A program made the position numbers and the translations under genes. This document shows positions 1 to 9,016 of a stretch of DNA of 64,000 nucleotides, piece after piece. Source of the DNA: Devosiaceae bacterium (GTDB taxonomy: Bacteria > Pseudomonadota > Alphaproteobacteria > Rhizobiales > Devosiaceae). How positions within the stretch are numbered: position 1 is the stretch's first letter; every line of letters starts with the position of its first letter. The notes under the pieces were generated by a model. That model was not told the origin of the DNA. It did no database searches and worked only from the letters and a program-made list of their open reading frames with translations. The DNA lies in NCBI GenBank assembly GCA_021648375.1, contig JAKISW010000005.1:35161-99160 (forward strand), given 5' to 3'.

Positions 1-620
1 TAGGAGCAGATTTCTGGCAGGTTGGCGGTGCGGGAATGGGCGATGGTGACAGTGGCGTTGGCCAATAGCAGCAGGTTGGCGACCGGCTTTCCAACCAAAA
101 TCGAGCGCCCGATAACAACAGCATTAAGCCCTGAAAGGTCGCTCCCGCGAATGCTTTTGATCATTAACATGCAACCGGCCGGAGTGCAGGCAACAAATGC
201 ATCATCCAGATGGGCCGAACCGAGTTTGCCAACATTGGTCAGGGTTAAACCATCCACATCTTTTGCCGGGTCAATGGCCTGAATGATTTTATATTCATCA
301 AGATGGGAGGGCAGGGGCATCTGCACCAGAATACCATCGACGGTATCATCTTCGTTGAGTTTTTTGATTAGAGCCAGAAGATCGCCCTCAGAGGTGTTTT
401 GGGGCAGAATATGCTCAAAGGAATTGAGACCACATTGCAGGGCCATGCGCCCTTTGGATGCCACATAGACTTTTGATGCTGGGTCTTCTCCCACCAAAAC
501 CACCGCGAGGCCGGGTTTTTGCATACCCTTTTGTGCAAGATTTGCTGTTTTTGATTTAACCTGCTCCAGCACTTTTGCTGCCAAAAGTTTTCCGTCAATT
601 TTTTTGTCTGATGAGGCCAA
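1..620 (-). CDS. folD: bifunctional methylenetetrahydrofolate dehydrogenase/cyclohydrolase FolD (partial; C-terminus lies beyond the window edge)
   Basis: Absent from the ORF track because it runs off the edge. Hand translation of the minus strand from TTG at 620-618 gives LASSDKKIDGKLLAAKVLEQVK..GLAVVLVGEDPASKVYV..DGILVQMPLPSHLDE..DPAKDVDGLT..ACTPAGCMLMI..VVIGRSILVGKPVANLLL. These are the typical FolD blocks, and the frame stays open to position 1. Confidence 0.9.
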   Translation of the reverse strand, partial: MASSDKKIDGKLLAAKVLEQVKSKTANLAQKGMQKPGLAVVLVGEDPASKVYVASKGRMALQCGLNSFEHILPQNTSEGDLLALIKKLNEDDTVDGILVQMPLPSHLDEYKIIQAIDPAKDVDGLTLTNVGKLGSAHLDDAFVACTPAGCMLMIKSIRGSDLSGLNAVVIGRSILVGKPVANLLLLANATVTIAHSRTANLPEICS

Positions 621-775
621 TTTTTATACTCGCTAAAATGGATGAATGATAATTTTCAAAGCATTTGATAATTAGCAGCGCCCTGATTAAAAGCAACCAA
701 TCAGAATAATTTATAAGTTTTAGATTCGCGCCTAAAGGGCAGTGAATATCTTATCGAGAAAATTTAAAGGGTAAA

Positions 776-1696
776 ATGGCTTTTATAGATCATATGAATA
801 TCAGTGAAGAAGTTGCGGATGCCATCAAAGACAACAGCCCTGTGGTGGCACTGGAAAGCACAATAATTACCCACGGCATGCCGTTTCCACAAAATCTGGA
901 TATTGCTTTAGCGGTTGAAGCGGAAGTGAGGAATTCCGGAGCCGTACCGGCAACCATTGCCATAATGGATGGGGTGCTAGAGGTGGGGATAAGCGGAGAC
1001 CGGCTGGAAGAGCTAAGCGAGCGTAATGAAGAGGCGGCCAAAGCCTCGCGGCGGGATGTGGCATCGATTCTGGTAAAAGGGGGGCTGGCGGGAACAACCG
1101 TTGCCACAACCATGCAAATCGCGAAGGCAGCGGATATAAAAATATTTGCCACCGGGGGCATTGGCGGTGTGCATCGGGGGGCTGAAATCAGTTTTGATAT
1201 TTCGGCTGATCTGGCAGAACTGGCGCGAACGCCTGTGGCTGTTGTTTGTGCGGGTGCCAAAAGCATTCTTGATATTGGCAAGACCCTTGAAGTGCTCGAA
1301 AGCAATGGTGTGCCGGTAATCGGGTATGGCAGTGATAGCTTTCCTGCGTTTTTCTCTCGAGATAGCGGGTATTTTGTCGATCATCGCTTTGATGATGTCA
1401 ATGATATTGCCCTAATGATAAAGACACAAAACCAGTTGGAAATGGGTGGAGTTCTGGTGGCTGTTCCGATCCCAGAAACCGATGCCATGGATGGGAAAAA
1501 AATAGAAGAAATAATCCAAATGGCTCTCAAGGAAGCTAATGAAAAAGGCATTTCGCGCAAGGATCTCACCCCTTATTTGCTGCAAAAGATTTTTGAGTTG
1601 AGCAAGGGGGAAAGCCTAAAAGCCAATGGAGCGCTGATCAGGAATAATGCAGCAGTTGCGGGCAAAATTGCAGTTGCGCTTTGTGAACTGAAGTGA
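776..1696 (+). CDS. psuG: pseudouridine-5'-phosphate glycosidase
   Basis: 306-aa ORF. The VVALESTIITHGMPFPQN and TGGIGGVHRG blocks are characteristic of the YeiN/PsuG (indigoidine synthase A-like) family. Confidence 0.9.
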   Translation: MAFIDHMNISEEVADAIKDNSPVVALESTIITHGMPFPQNLDIALAVEAEVRNSGAVPATIAIMDGVLEVGISGDRLEELSERNEEAAKASRRDVASILVKGGLAGTTVATTMQIAKAADIKIFATGGIGGVHRGAEISFDISADLAELARTPVAVVCAGAKSILDIGKTLEVLESNGVPVIGYGSDSFPAFFSRDSGYFVDHRFDDVNDIALMIKTQNQLEMGGVLVAVPIPETDAMDGKKIEEIIQMALKEANEKGISRKDLTPYLLQKIFELSKGESLKANGALIRNNAAVAGKIAVALCELK

Positions 1697-2593
1697 ATGG
1701 ATAAAAAACTTCAAAAATCCGTATTGTTTGTCGGAGACGTGATGCGCGACATCATTGTTAAGCCGGAGGGGGATTTGCGCATCGGCTCAGATAGGGCAGC
1801 AGAAATTGCCATGAAGCATGGGGGGGCAGCCGCAAATCAGGCGGTGTGGCTGGCGGCAACCGGGCAAAAGGTGAAGCTGGTGGCACGCATTGGTGAAAAT
1901 GGCGCGCCGGAATTGGTGAAACGGTTCAAGGATAAAAATATCGAAACGGTTTTTACCATCGACAAAAGTCGGGAAACCGGAATGCTGGTGGCTATTGTCA
2001 CCAAAGACGGGGAGCGCAGTTTTTATACAGACAGGGGAGCAAATATGGCCCTAAATATTGCAGATGTTCCCAAAGATATTTTGGATGATGTGGGGCTGAT
2101 TATGCTTTCCGGATATAGTTTTTTTGCTGACGGGCCAAGGGATGTCGTTGGCCAGATCATGTCATGGGCCAAACAAAAAAACATAAAAGTGGCCATAGAC
2201 CCTGCCTCGGCTGGCTTTATAAAAGATGCGGGAGTGAATCAATTTTTGGACTGGATAAAGGGAGCGGCGATTTTGCTGCTTAATCTGGAAGAGGCAGAGC
2301 TGTTAAGCGGAGAAAAATCGCTGGCCCGGCAGTTAGCGGTTTTATCAGAACTTTTTGACCTTGTTATAATAAAAAAAGGGGCCAAAGGGGCAAGCGCTTT
2401 GCAAAAAAACGGGACAATGATTGAAGTTGAGGCCCCTTATGTGAAAATTGTCGATAGCACCGGGGCTGGGGATGCATTTGCTGCCGGATTTATCAGGGCC
2501 TATTTGGGCAAAAATTCGCTGGTGAAATGTCTTGAGGCGGGCGTTGTAAATGGGTCAATGGCCGTTACACAAATGGGAAGTCAACCCGAATGA
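1697..2593 (+). CDS. psuK: PfkB-family sugar kinase, probably pseudouridine kinase
   Basis: 298-aa ribokinase/PfkB fold with a C-terminal DSTGAGDAFAAGF motif. Its ATG abuts the psuG stop (TGAATG). The specific substrate is inferred from pairing with psuG. Confidence 0.65.
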   Translation: MDKKLQKSVLFVGDVMRDIIVKPEGDLRIGSDRAAEIAMKHGGAAANQAVWLAATGQKVKLVARIGENGAPELVKRFKDKNIETVFTIDKSRETGMLVAIVTKDGERSFYTDRGANMALNIADVPKDILDDVGLIMLSGYSFFADGPRDVVGQIMSWAKQKNIKVAIDPASAGFIKDAGVNQFLDWIKGAAILLLNLEEAELLSGEKSLARQLAVLSELFDLVIIKKGAKGASALQKNGTMIEVEAPYVKIVDSTGAGDAFAAGFIRAYLGKNSLVKCLEAGVVNGSMAVTQMGSQPE

Positions 2594-3906
2594 GTGATGA
2601 CAATTTTAATGTTAATTCAGCTGATTTTAATCCGCGTGAATTTCTTGAGCAATTGTTTCATGTCGCCGTAAAAGCTTCTGTTCCGGCGGCGGTAATGGGG
2701 AAGTATATGCCTATGCCCCCAAAGGGGAAAACCATAATTGTCGGGGCGGGTAAAGCCTCGGCGCAAATGGCAAAAGCCTTTGAGGAAATTTGCGCCAAAG
2801 ACCCCGATTGGCAAAACCCGATTGGCGGTTTGGTGGTTACGCAATATGGCAGTGCTGAGCGGTGCAAACATATAGAAATTGTTGAGGCTTCTCATCCGGT
2901 GCCTGATGAACAAGGTTTCGCCGCTGCAAAACGCATCTTGCAACTGGTTGGGGGGGCGCAAAAAGATGATTTGGTGGTGGCACTTATCTCCGGGGGAGGA
3001 TCATCACTGCTGCCATATCCTGGACCGGGAATGGACCTGAGAGATAAGCAACATTTAAATGAGCAGCTGTTGGCCAGTGGTGCTCCCATATCAAAAATGA
3101 ACGCTGTCAGAAAAATGTTCTCAATGATCAAAGGGGGCAGGTTAGGGGTGGCCGCATATCCGGCGCCCTTGCTTACTCTGGTTATTTCAGACGTACCGGG
3201 GGACGATCCGGCAGAAGTCGCTTCAGGTCCAACCATTGCCAGTTTTAGTGGTGCTAAAGAGGCCAAAAAAATTACTGTGGATTATAAAATTGAACTGGGT
3301 GAGGCTGCGAGGAAAAGTCTGGCAAGGGGAGATAATCTGCCTCCCAAACCAGGTGATAAAAGATTTGCGTCGGCTACTCATCAGGTAATTGCTTCAGCCA
3401 GGCTTTCCCTTGAGGCGGCAGCTGACAAGGCACGGGGTGCGGGCTGTGAGGTGATTGTTCTTGGTGATGCCATTGAGGGGGAAGCAAGGGAAGTTGGCCG
3501 GGAACATGGCAAAATGATAGTTGAAAAAGCTGTGACAAAAAGGCGCTTAAAACCGTTGTTGATCCTTTCAGGCGGAGAGACCAGCGTAACCATTGCCAAG
3601 GGTGGGGTGCCGGGAAAAGGCGGTCGCAACAGCGAATATCTTTTGGCGCTGGCTTTGGAAATATCAGGGGTTAAAAATGTGGTGTGCTTAAGCGCTGATA
3701 CGGACGGCAGAGACGGTTCAGAAAATAATGCCGGGGTGTTTTGCGATGGTTCAACCGCTCAAAGAATGGCGGCCAAAAATGTTGAAGTAGAGCAACATTT
3801 GATTGCCCACAATTCATGGGCCGCTTTTGATGCGGTGGATGATTTGTTTAGCACCGGTCCGACAGGCACCAATGTAAATGATTTTCGGGCCACTTTAATT
3901 TATTGA
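2590..3906 (+). CDS. type-2 glycerate kinase / MOFRL-family protein (TtuD-like)
   Basis: 438-aa ORF overlapping the psuK stop by 4 nt. It has an N-terminal VGAGKASAQMA block and C-terminal GGETSVT..GGRNSEY..SADTDGRDG blocks typical of the DUF4147/MOFRL glycerate 2-kinase family. Confidence 0.8.
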   Translation: MSDDNFNVNSADFNPREFLEQLFHVAVKASVPAAVMGKYMPMPPKGKTIIVGAGKASAQMAKAFEEICAKDPDWQNPIGGLVVTQYGSAERCKHIEIVEASHPVPDEQGFAAAKRILQLVGGAQKDDLVVALISGGGSSLLPYPGPGMDLRDKQHLNEQLLASGAPISKMNAVRKMFSMIKGGRLGVAAYPAPLLTLVISDVPGDDPAEVASGPTIASFSGAKEAKKITVDYKIELGEAARKSLARGDNLPPKPGDKRFASATHQVIASARLSLEAAADKARGAGCEVIVLGDAIEGEAREVGREHGKMIVEKAVTKRRLKPLLILSGGETSVTIAKGGVPGKGGRNSEYLLALALEISGVKNVVCLSADTDGRDGSENNAGVFCDGSTAQRMAAKNVEVEQHLIAHNSWAAFDAVDDLFSTGPTGTNVNDFRATLIY

Positions 3907-4035
3907 AAATGGGGTGAGGGGCCTGCATTGGCAGCAAAAGACTTGTGAGAACTGGCCATGCAAAAAATAATTTTATTGCGTTTTTGCGCTGAATAGGACT
4001 TAATCCACGCTGAATAAAAATGAGGGAGAAAATAA

Positions 4036-5007
4036 ATGAAAACAAAAACTTTTTTAACCGCCTTTGCCGCCGCTTTGCTGCTTAGTGCAGGTAGTGCATA
4101 TGCGCAGGCAGATTGTGAGCGCGGAACGCTTGATGATCGCTATTGCGATGTTGATGGAGATCTTTTGGCTGATGCGCCGACCGATCCAGCTGATCTGGTT
4201 GATCCTGATACTTTAATTTTTGCTTATACTCCGGTGGAAGATCCGGCAGTTTATAAAGAAGCATGGTCCGATTTCCTTGATTATATGGAAGAAGTGACAG
4301 GTAAAGACGTGGTGTTTTTCCCGGTTCAATCAAATGCTGCTCAGATCGAAGCCATGCGCTCCGGTCGTTTGCATATTGCCGGATTTAACACTGGTTCAAA
4401 TCCACTCGCTGTGAACTGTGCTGGATTTAATCCTTTCACCATTATGGCCTCACTTGACGGCAATTTTGGCTATGAAATGGAAATCCTGACCTATCCAGGT
4501 TCTGGAATTGAAACGGTTGAAGACATTAAGGGCGGAGTTTTAGCCTTTACTTCACCAACATCAAATTCTGGCTTTAAAGCGCCTTCTGCAATTTTGGCAA
4601 GTGAATTTGACATGATTGCAGACCGTGATTTTGAACCTGCATTTTCGGGCAAGCACGATAATTCAATTCTTGGTGTTGCCAATAAGGATTATCCGGCTGC
4701 CTCAATTGCCAACTCGGTATTGTCGCGGATGATTTCTCGCGGTGTTATTGAAGCTGATGATGTGATTTCAATCTATAAATCACAAACATTCCCAACAACA
4801 GGTTTTGGAACTGCATACAATCTGGTTCCTGAATTGCGTGCTAATATCGAAAAAGCATTCTTCACCTTTGATTGGGAAGGCACAAGCCTGCAGGAAGAGT
4901 TTGAAAAATCAAACGAAGGGCAGTTCCTTGAAATGACTTATATTGAGTTCTGGGATGTTATTCGTAAAATTGATGCTGCAAACGGCGTTTCCTACGCCTG
5001 CGAATAA
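4036..5007 (+). CDS. phnD: phosphonate/phosphite ABC transporter substrate-binding protein
   Basis: 323 aa with a signal peptide (MKTKTFLTAFAAALLLSAGSAYA). PhnD-like blocks are present (QIEAMRSGRLHIAGF, FTSPTSNSGF). It is followed by phnC and two phnE genes. Confidence 0.85.
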   Translation: MKTKTFLTAFAAALLLSAGSAYAQADCERGTLDDRYCDVDGDLLADAPTDPADLVDPDTLIFAYTPVEDPAVYKEAWSDFLDYMEEVTGKDVVFFPVQSNAAQIEAMRSGRLHIAGFNTGSNPLAVNCAGFNPFTIMASLDGNFGYEMEILTYPGSGIETVEDIKGGVLAFTSPTSNSGFKAPSAILASEFDMIADRDFEPAFSGKHDNSILGVANKDYPAASIANSVLSRMISRGVIEADDVISIYKSQTFPTTGFGTAYNLVPELRANIEKAFFTFDWEGTSLQEEFEKSNEGQFLEMTYIEFWDVIRKIDAANGVSYACE

Positions 5008-5026
5008 TAGCTGAAAACAATAGTAT

Positions 5027-5062
5027 TGCCCGCGCGTTTTGTAATGCGCGCGGGCATTTTTT
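5027..5062 (+). terminator. intrinsic terminator/attenuator hairpin between phnD and phnC
   Basis: A 10-bp GC-rich stem, TGCCCGCGCG (5027-5036) pairing with CGCGCGGGCA (5047-5056), has a 10-nt loop and is followed by TTTTTT (5057-5062). Confidence 0.7.
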
Positions 5063-5101
5063 ACACGTCATAAATTCTGGCGTGGTCATTGGGGTGAAAG
5101 A

Positions 5102-5893
5102 ATGCTGAAGCTAGAAAAGCTCACAAAAGTTTATAAGACCGGAGACAAGGCGCTATCCGATGTGGATCTGGAAGTGCCAAAAGGGCAGGTAATTGCCTTG
5201 ATCGGCCCCTCTGGTGCTGGGAAAAGCACCTTGATCCGATGTGTAAATAGACTTGTTACGCCAACAAGCGGCAAGGCTATTCTTGACGGAGTTGACATTA
5301 CGTCCCTTGGGGCTGGTGGTTTACGACGTGAGCGGCGTCGCATGGGTATGATATTTCAGGAATACGCGTTGGTGGAACGTCTTAGCGTAATGGAAAATGT
5401 GCTTTCGGGCCGTTTGGGTTATGTGGGCTTTTGGCGCAGTTTTTTAAGAAAATTCCCCCAGTCTGATGTGGACGAGGCATATCGCTTGCTTGATCGGGTT
5501 GGTTTGCTGCATATGGCAGACAAGCGTGCCGATGAGCTTTCCGGCGGGCAACGCCAGCGGGTTGGTATCGCCAGAGCATTGATTCAAAACCCGGCAGTGC
5601 TGCTGGTTGATGAGCCTACAGCTTCTCTTGATCCAAAAACCTCGCGTCAGATAATGCGCTTGATTTGCGAACTCTGTGAAGAGCGCGGATTGGCGGCGAT
5701 TATTAATATTCACGATGTTAATCTGGCGATGATGTTTGTGCAGCGGGTTGTGGGCCTTGAAACCGGAAGAATTATTTTTGACGGCACCCCAAAACAATTA
5801 ACCCCTGATGTTTTGACCAGCATTTATGGGGAAGAAGATTGGGAAGCAACCATTGAAACGGTTGACGATGATGACGAAGAAGGTGAAACGTGA
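5102..5893 (+). CDS. phnC: phosphonate ABC transporter ATP-binding protein
   Basis: 263 aa with Walker [10 protein letters not shown], signature LSGGQRQRV and Walker [12 protein letters not shown]. The N-terminus is typical of PhnC. Confidence 0.9.
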   Translation: MLKLEKLTKVYKTGDKALSDVDLEVPKGQVIALIGPSGAGKSTLIRCVNRLVTPTSGKAILDGVDITSLGAGGLRRERRRMGMIFQEYALVERLSVMENVLSGRLGYVGFWRSFLRKFPQSDVDEAYRLLDRVGLLHMADKRADELSGGQRQRVGIARALIQNPAVLLVDEPTASLDPKTSRQIMRLICELCEERGLAAIINIHDVNLAMMFVQRVVGLETGRIIFDGTPKQLTPDVLTSIYGEEDWEATIETVDDDDEEGET

Positions 5894-6702
5894 GCGCGCA
5901 GCTTGAAGATTTCGTAGGCAAGCCCTGGCGTAAACCTCATTTCATCACCAACCCGTTTTGGCGTTGGAGTCTGATTGTTATAACCGTGGTCTATCTAATC
6001 CTGGCGATCGGTTCGCTAGAAGTGAGCTGGCAGCGGGTTTATCTGGGCCTTGAGCGCGGATGGCGCTTTATTGTCGGATTTTCGCAACCCGATTTTGAAT
6101 CGCGCTGGTCTGATATTTACGATGGTATGGTTGAAAGTGTAATAATCACCATCACGTCTACCGTAGTTGGCATTGCGATTTCCATTCCAATTGCCCTTGG
6201 TGCGGCGAGCAATATTGCTCCGATGCCGGTATATTTATTGTGTCGTGGCATTATTTCCGTCTCCAGAGCGCTTAATGAAATTATTGTGGCGATTTTGCTG
6301 GTGGCGATCTTTGGATTTGGCCCGCTGGCTGGATTTCTTACTTTGAGTTTTGCCACCATTGGATTTTTAGCAAAATTGCTGGCTGAAGACATTGAAGATA
6401 TGAATAAATCCCAGGCGGAAGCTGTTCGCTCTACCGGAGCTTCGTGGCTGCAATGGGTGAATTTTGGTGTGCAGCCGCAGGTAATGCCTCGTTTAATTGG
6501 CCTTTCAATTTATCGGCTGGACATAAATTTCAGGGAATCAGCGGTATTGGGGCTGGTTGGTGCCGGGGGAATTGGCGCGACTTTGAATACAGCCTTTGAC
6601 CGTTATGAATTTGACACGGTGGCGGCAATTTTGATCATGATTATCGCAACGGTGATGGTGCTTGAATTCCTGTCCGGATATATCAGGGCGAGGGTGCAAT
6701 AA
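5890..6702 (+). CDS. phnE: phosphonate ABC transporter permease
   Basis: 270-aa polytopic membrane protein overlapping the phnC stop by 4 nt. It carries PhnE-type conserved blocks (E..D.....A..STGAS; [18 protein letters not shown]). Confidence 0.85.
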   Translation: MSAQLEDFVGKPWRKPHFITNPFWRWSLIVITVVYLILAIGSLEVSWQRVYLGLERGWRFIVGFSQPDFESRWSDIYDGMVESVIITITSTVVGIAISIPIALGAASNIAPMPVYLLCRGIISVSRALNEIIVAILLVAIFGFGPLAGFLTLSFATIGFLAKLLAEDIEDMNKSQAEAVRSTGASWLQWVNFGVQPQVMPRLIGLSIYRLDINFRESAVLGLVGAGGIGATLNTAFDRYEFDTVAAILIMIIATVMVLEFLSGYIRARVQ

Positions 6703-7607
6703 TGCCCAGTAAAATTAATGCAAATAATGTAAAAACATGGCAGGTTCGCGATCGCAACGGACAGTTGTTTCGCTGGGCCTTGTGGATGGGCGCGGCAATT
6801 CTGTTCTATATCAGCTGGATGCGCATATCCGACCAAACCACGTGGTATTTCTTTTTTGATGCGCCACGGATTGCCGCTGATATTGGCGGCAGGGCTTTTC
6901 CGCCCCGCTGGGAATATATTTTCAGCCTTGGCAAGCCCATATGGGATACGTTTAACATTGCGACTCTTGGAACGATTATTGCGCTGACAATTGCAGTGCC
7001 GGTGGCATTTCTGGCGGCGCGAAATACTTCGCCAAAACTGCCCCTGCATCCGATTATTGTGAGACTAATTCCGCGTTTTATCCATAACTTTGTTAAGAAA
7101 GTTACCGGGCAGGATATGGTTTCGGTGGGTATTGTTCGCCCGCTGGCGTTACTGGTGATCGTTTCAACCCGCTCCATTAACTCTTTGATCTGGGCCTTGC
7201 TTCTGGTTTCGATTGTTGGTCCGGGGGTTTTTGCCGGCTTACTTGCCATCTCAATCCGCTCCATCGGGTTTTGCGCAAAATTGCTTTATGAGGCGATTGA
7301 GGAAATTGATGAACATCAGGTTGAGGCGGTTAAGGCGACCGGAGCCAGCGGATGGCAGGTTATGGTCTATGGTATTGTGCCGCAGATTTTGCCGGCATTT
7401 GCTGGAATTGCTGTTTTTCGCTGGGATATTAATATCCGCGAGTCCACGGTTTTGGGCCTTGTTGGAGCCGGTGGAATTGGTCTGCAATTGCAAGGCTCCC
7501 TTAACATATTGGCATGGCCGCAGGTTTCGCTGATTTTGGGCGTGATCCTGATTGCTGTGATTATCGGTGAATTTATTTCTGCCAAAGTGCGTGCAGCAAT
7601 AATCTAG
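6702..7607 (+). CDS. phnE: phosphonate ABC transporter permease (second copy)
   Basis: 301 aa, paralogous to the preceding permease (EA..ATGASGWQ; [18 protein letters not shown]). Its start overlaps the previous stop (ATAATG). Confidence 0.85.
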   Translation: MPSKINANNVKTWQVRDRNGQLFRWALWMGAAILFYISWMRISDQTTWYFFFDAPRIAADIGGRAFPPRWEYIFSLGKPIWDTFNIATLGTIIALTIAVPVAFLAARNTSPKLPLHPIIVRLIPRFIHNFVKKVTGQDMVSVGIVRPLALLVIVSTRSINSLIWALLLVSIVGPGVFAGLLAISIRSIGFCAKLLYEAIEEIDEHQVEAVKATGASGWQVMVYGIVPQILPAFAGIAVFRWDINIRESTVLGLVGAGGIGLQLQGSLNILAWPQVSLILGVILIAVIIGEFISAKVRAAII

Positions 7608-7621
7608 GGTCCTGACCCTAG
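7604..7621. repeat. inverted repeat CTAGGGTC-CT-GACCCTAG, a mini-copy of the MITE terminal core, overlapping the phnE stop codon
   Basis: 8-bp arms with a 2-nt spacer. The reverse strand reads TAGGGTCAGGACC, identical over 13 nt to 36165-36177. TAG at 7605-7607 is the phnE stop, and a second TAG lies at 7619-7621. Confidence 0.8.
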
Positions 7622-7708
7622 ATTTTGAGTAGTTTTTTACTATTGGAATGCATGGATTATTGGTCTTGAAATCGCCCGTGATTATTCTGTTGGATATTTG
7701 GAAATAGT

Positions 7709-8614
7709 ATGAAAAATCTGAATACGGATTGGGCTTTTGCTCAATATGAGCGGGTGCGTTCAATACTGCCTGAAGCCAGTTTTCCTGATAAATGGAAAAC
7801 CATATCTCAGATGGAAGAAATTGCCGACCAGGTTGATGTATTTCTGCTGGATGCGTTTGGGGTTTTAAACGTGGGCCGAACAGTAATTCCCGGAGCGCCA
7901 GATTGGGTTTCCTCGCTGCAAAAAGCGGGTAAAAAAGTTCTGGTCGTGGCTAACGGCTCTTCAGTTTCTCCGGACGCCTCTTTGTTGCGGTTTAAGGAAA
8001 TGGGTTTTGAATTTGCGCCAGAGGATGTAATCGCTTCAAGAAATGTGCTGGGAAGCACTCTTAAGGGAAGATCGCAAAATCTCTGGGGAGTGATGCTGGC
8101 CTCAAATGGGGGAATTGACCAAGTGCCGGTTGCTACGGTTCATCTTGGTGAAAACCGAAGTGACTTTGACCGGGCGGAAGGATTTATTCTGTTTGGAACC
8201 AGCGAATGGAGCGAGAAGCAACAGGAATTGCTGGTGGCCTCTCTACAGGACAATCCACGGCCGGTGCTGGTTGGCAACCCGGATATTGTGGCACCGCGTG
8301 AAAATGGGCTTAGCCTTGAGCCGGGATGGTTCGCCCATGATATTCATGAGCGCTGTGGAATTAAGCCGGAGTTTTTTGGCAAGCCGTTTACCAATATTTA
8401 TGAGCATGCATTGGAGCGGGTTGGGCCTGAAGTCGACCGGCAACGCATTGTAATGGTTGGTGATACATTGCACACTGATGTTTGGGGTGGAGCGGCAATT
8501 GGAGCTAAAACCGTGTTGATGGCCGATTATGGATTGTTTGCCGGGCTGGATGTGGTGCCATTTATCGAAGCATCGGGAATAGTCCCCAATTGGATCATGA
8601 CGTCAAAAAATTGA
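7709..8614 (+). CDS. HAD-superfamily subfamily IIA hydrolase (TIGR01459-like)
   Basis: 301 aa with motif I FLLDAFGVLNVG and a late motif VMVGDTLHTDV. The architecture is typical of alphaproteobacterial HAD-IIA hypothetical hydrolases. Confidence 0.75.
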   Translation: MKNLNTDWAFAQYERVRSILPEASFPDKWKTISQMEEIADQVDVFLLDAFGVLNVGRTVIPGAPDWVSSLQKAGKKVLVVANGSSVSPDASLLRFKEMGFEFAPEDVIASRNVLGSTLKGRSQNLWGVMLASNGGIDQVPVATVHLGENRSDFDRAEGFILFGTSEWSEKQQELLVASLQDNPRPVLVGNPDIVAPRENGLSLEPGWFAHDIHERCGIKPEFFGKPFTNIYEHALERVGPEVDRQRIVMVGDTLHTDVWGGAAIGAKTVLMADYGLFAGLDVVPFIEASGIVPNWIMTSKN

Positions 8615-8705
8615 TTTGTGCATTTTTTGATCTTTGATTGATGTTAACTGGAATACCGGGATAGGTTGCTGCTGCGTAATTAGTTTTTTTGGATAAGGAA
8701 ATTTC

Positions 8706-8996
8706 ATGGCAGCGATTTTTGTGGCAACGATGAAGATCAAGGATGGCAAGAAAATGGGCGAGTATGGCGCCGGAGCCAGGGCCACCATCAAACAATATGG
8801 GGGCGAGATGGTTTTCCGTGCCAATAAACGCGAAGTTTTGGCCGGCAGCAGCGATGTTGATGCGGTGGTTATAGCCAGGTTTGCAGATATGGATGCGCTT
8901 AACGCCTGGCACAATTCTGCTGAATATCAGGCTATTATCCCCCTTCGGGATGAAGCTGTGGATATGGTTTTAGTTTCCTATGAGACGCCCTCATAA
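8706..8996 (+). CDS. DUF1330 domain-containing protein
   Basis: 96 aa. The pattern MAAIFVATMKIKD....EY........QYGGE...R...........D..VIARFADMDALNAWHNSAEYQ resembles the DUF1330 dimeric alpha-beta barrel family. Confidence 0.7.
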   Translation: MAAIFVATMKIKDGKKMGEYGAGARATIKQYGGEMVFRANKREVLAGSSDVDAVVIARFADMDALNAWHNSAEYQAIIPLRDEAVDMVLVSYETPS

Positions 8997-9016
8997 CAAC
9001 ATTGTTTGCGAAATCT

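Noticed and set aside
22-598. Track ORFs 22-282 (+), 283-468 (+) and 368-598 (-) at the left edge.
   Set aside because: They are shadow frames of folD. The real folD frame is open on the minus strand from 620 to the window edge, so it is missing from the complete-ORF track. The translations of the three ORFs show no family features.
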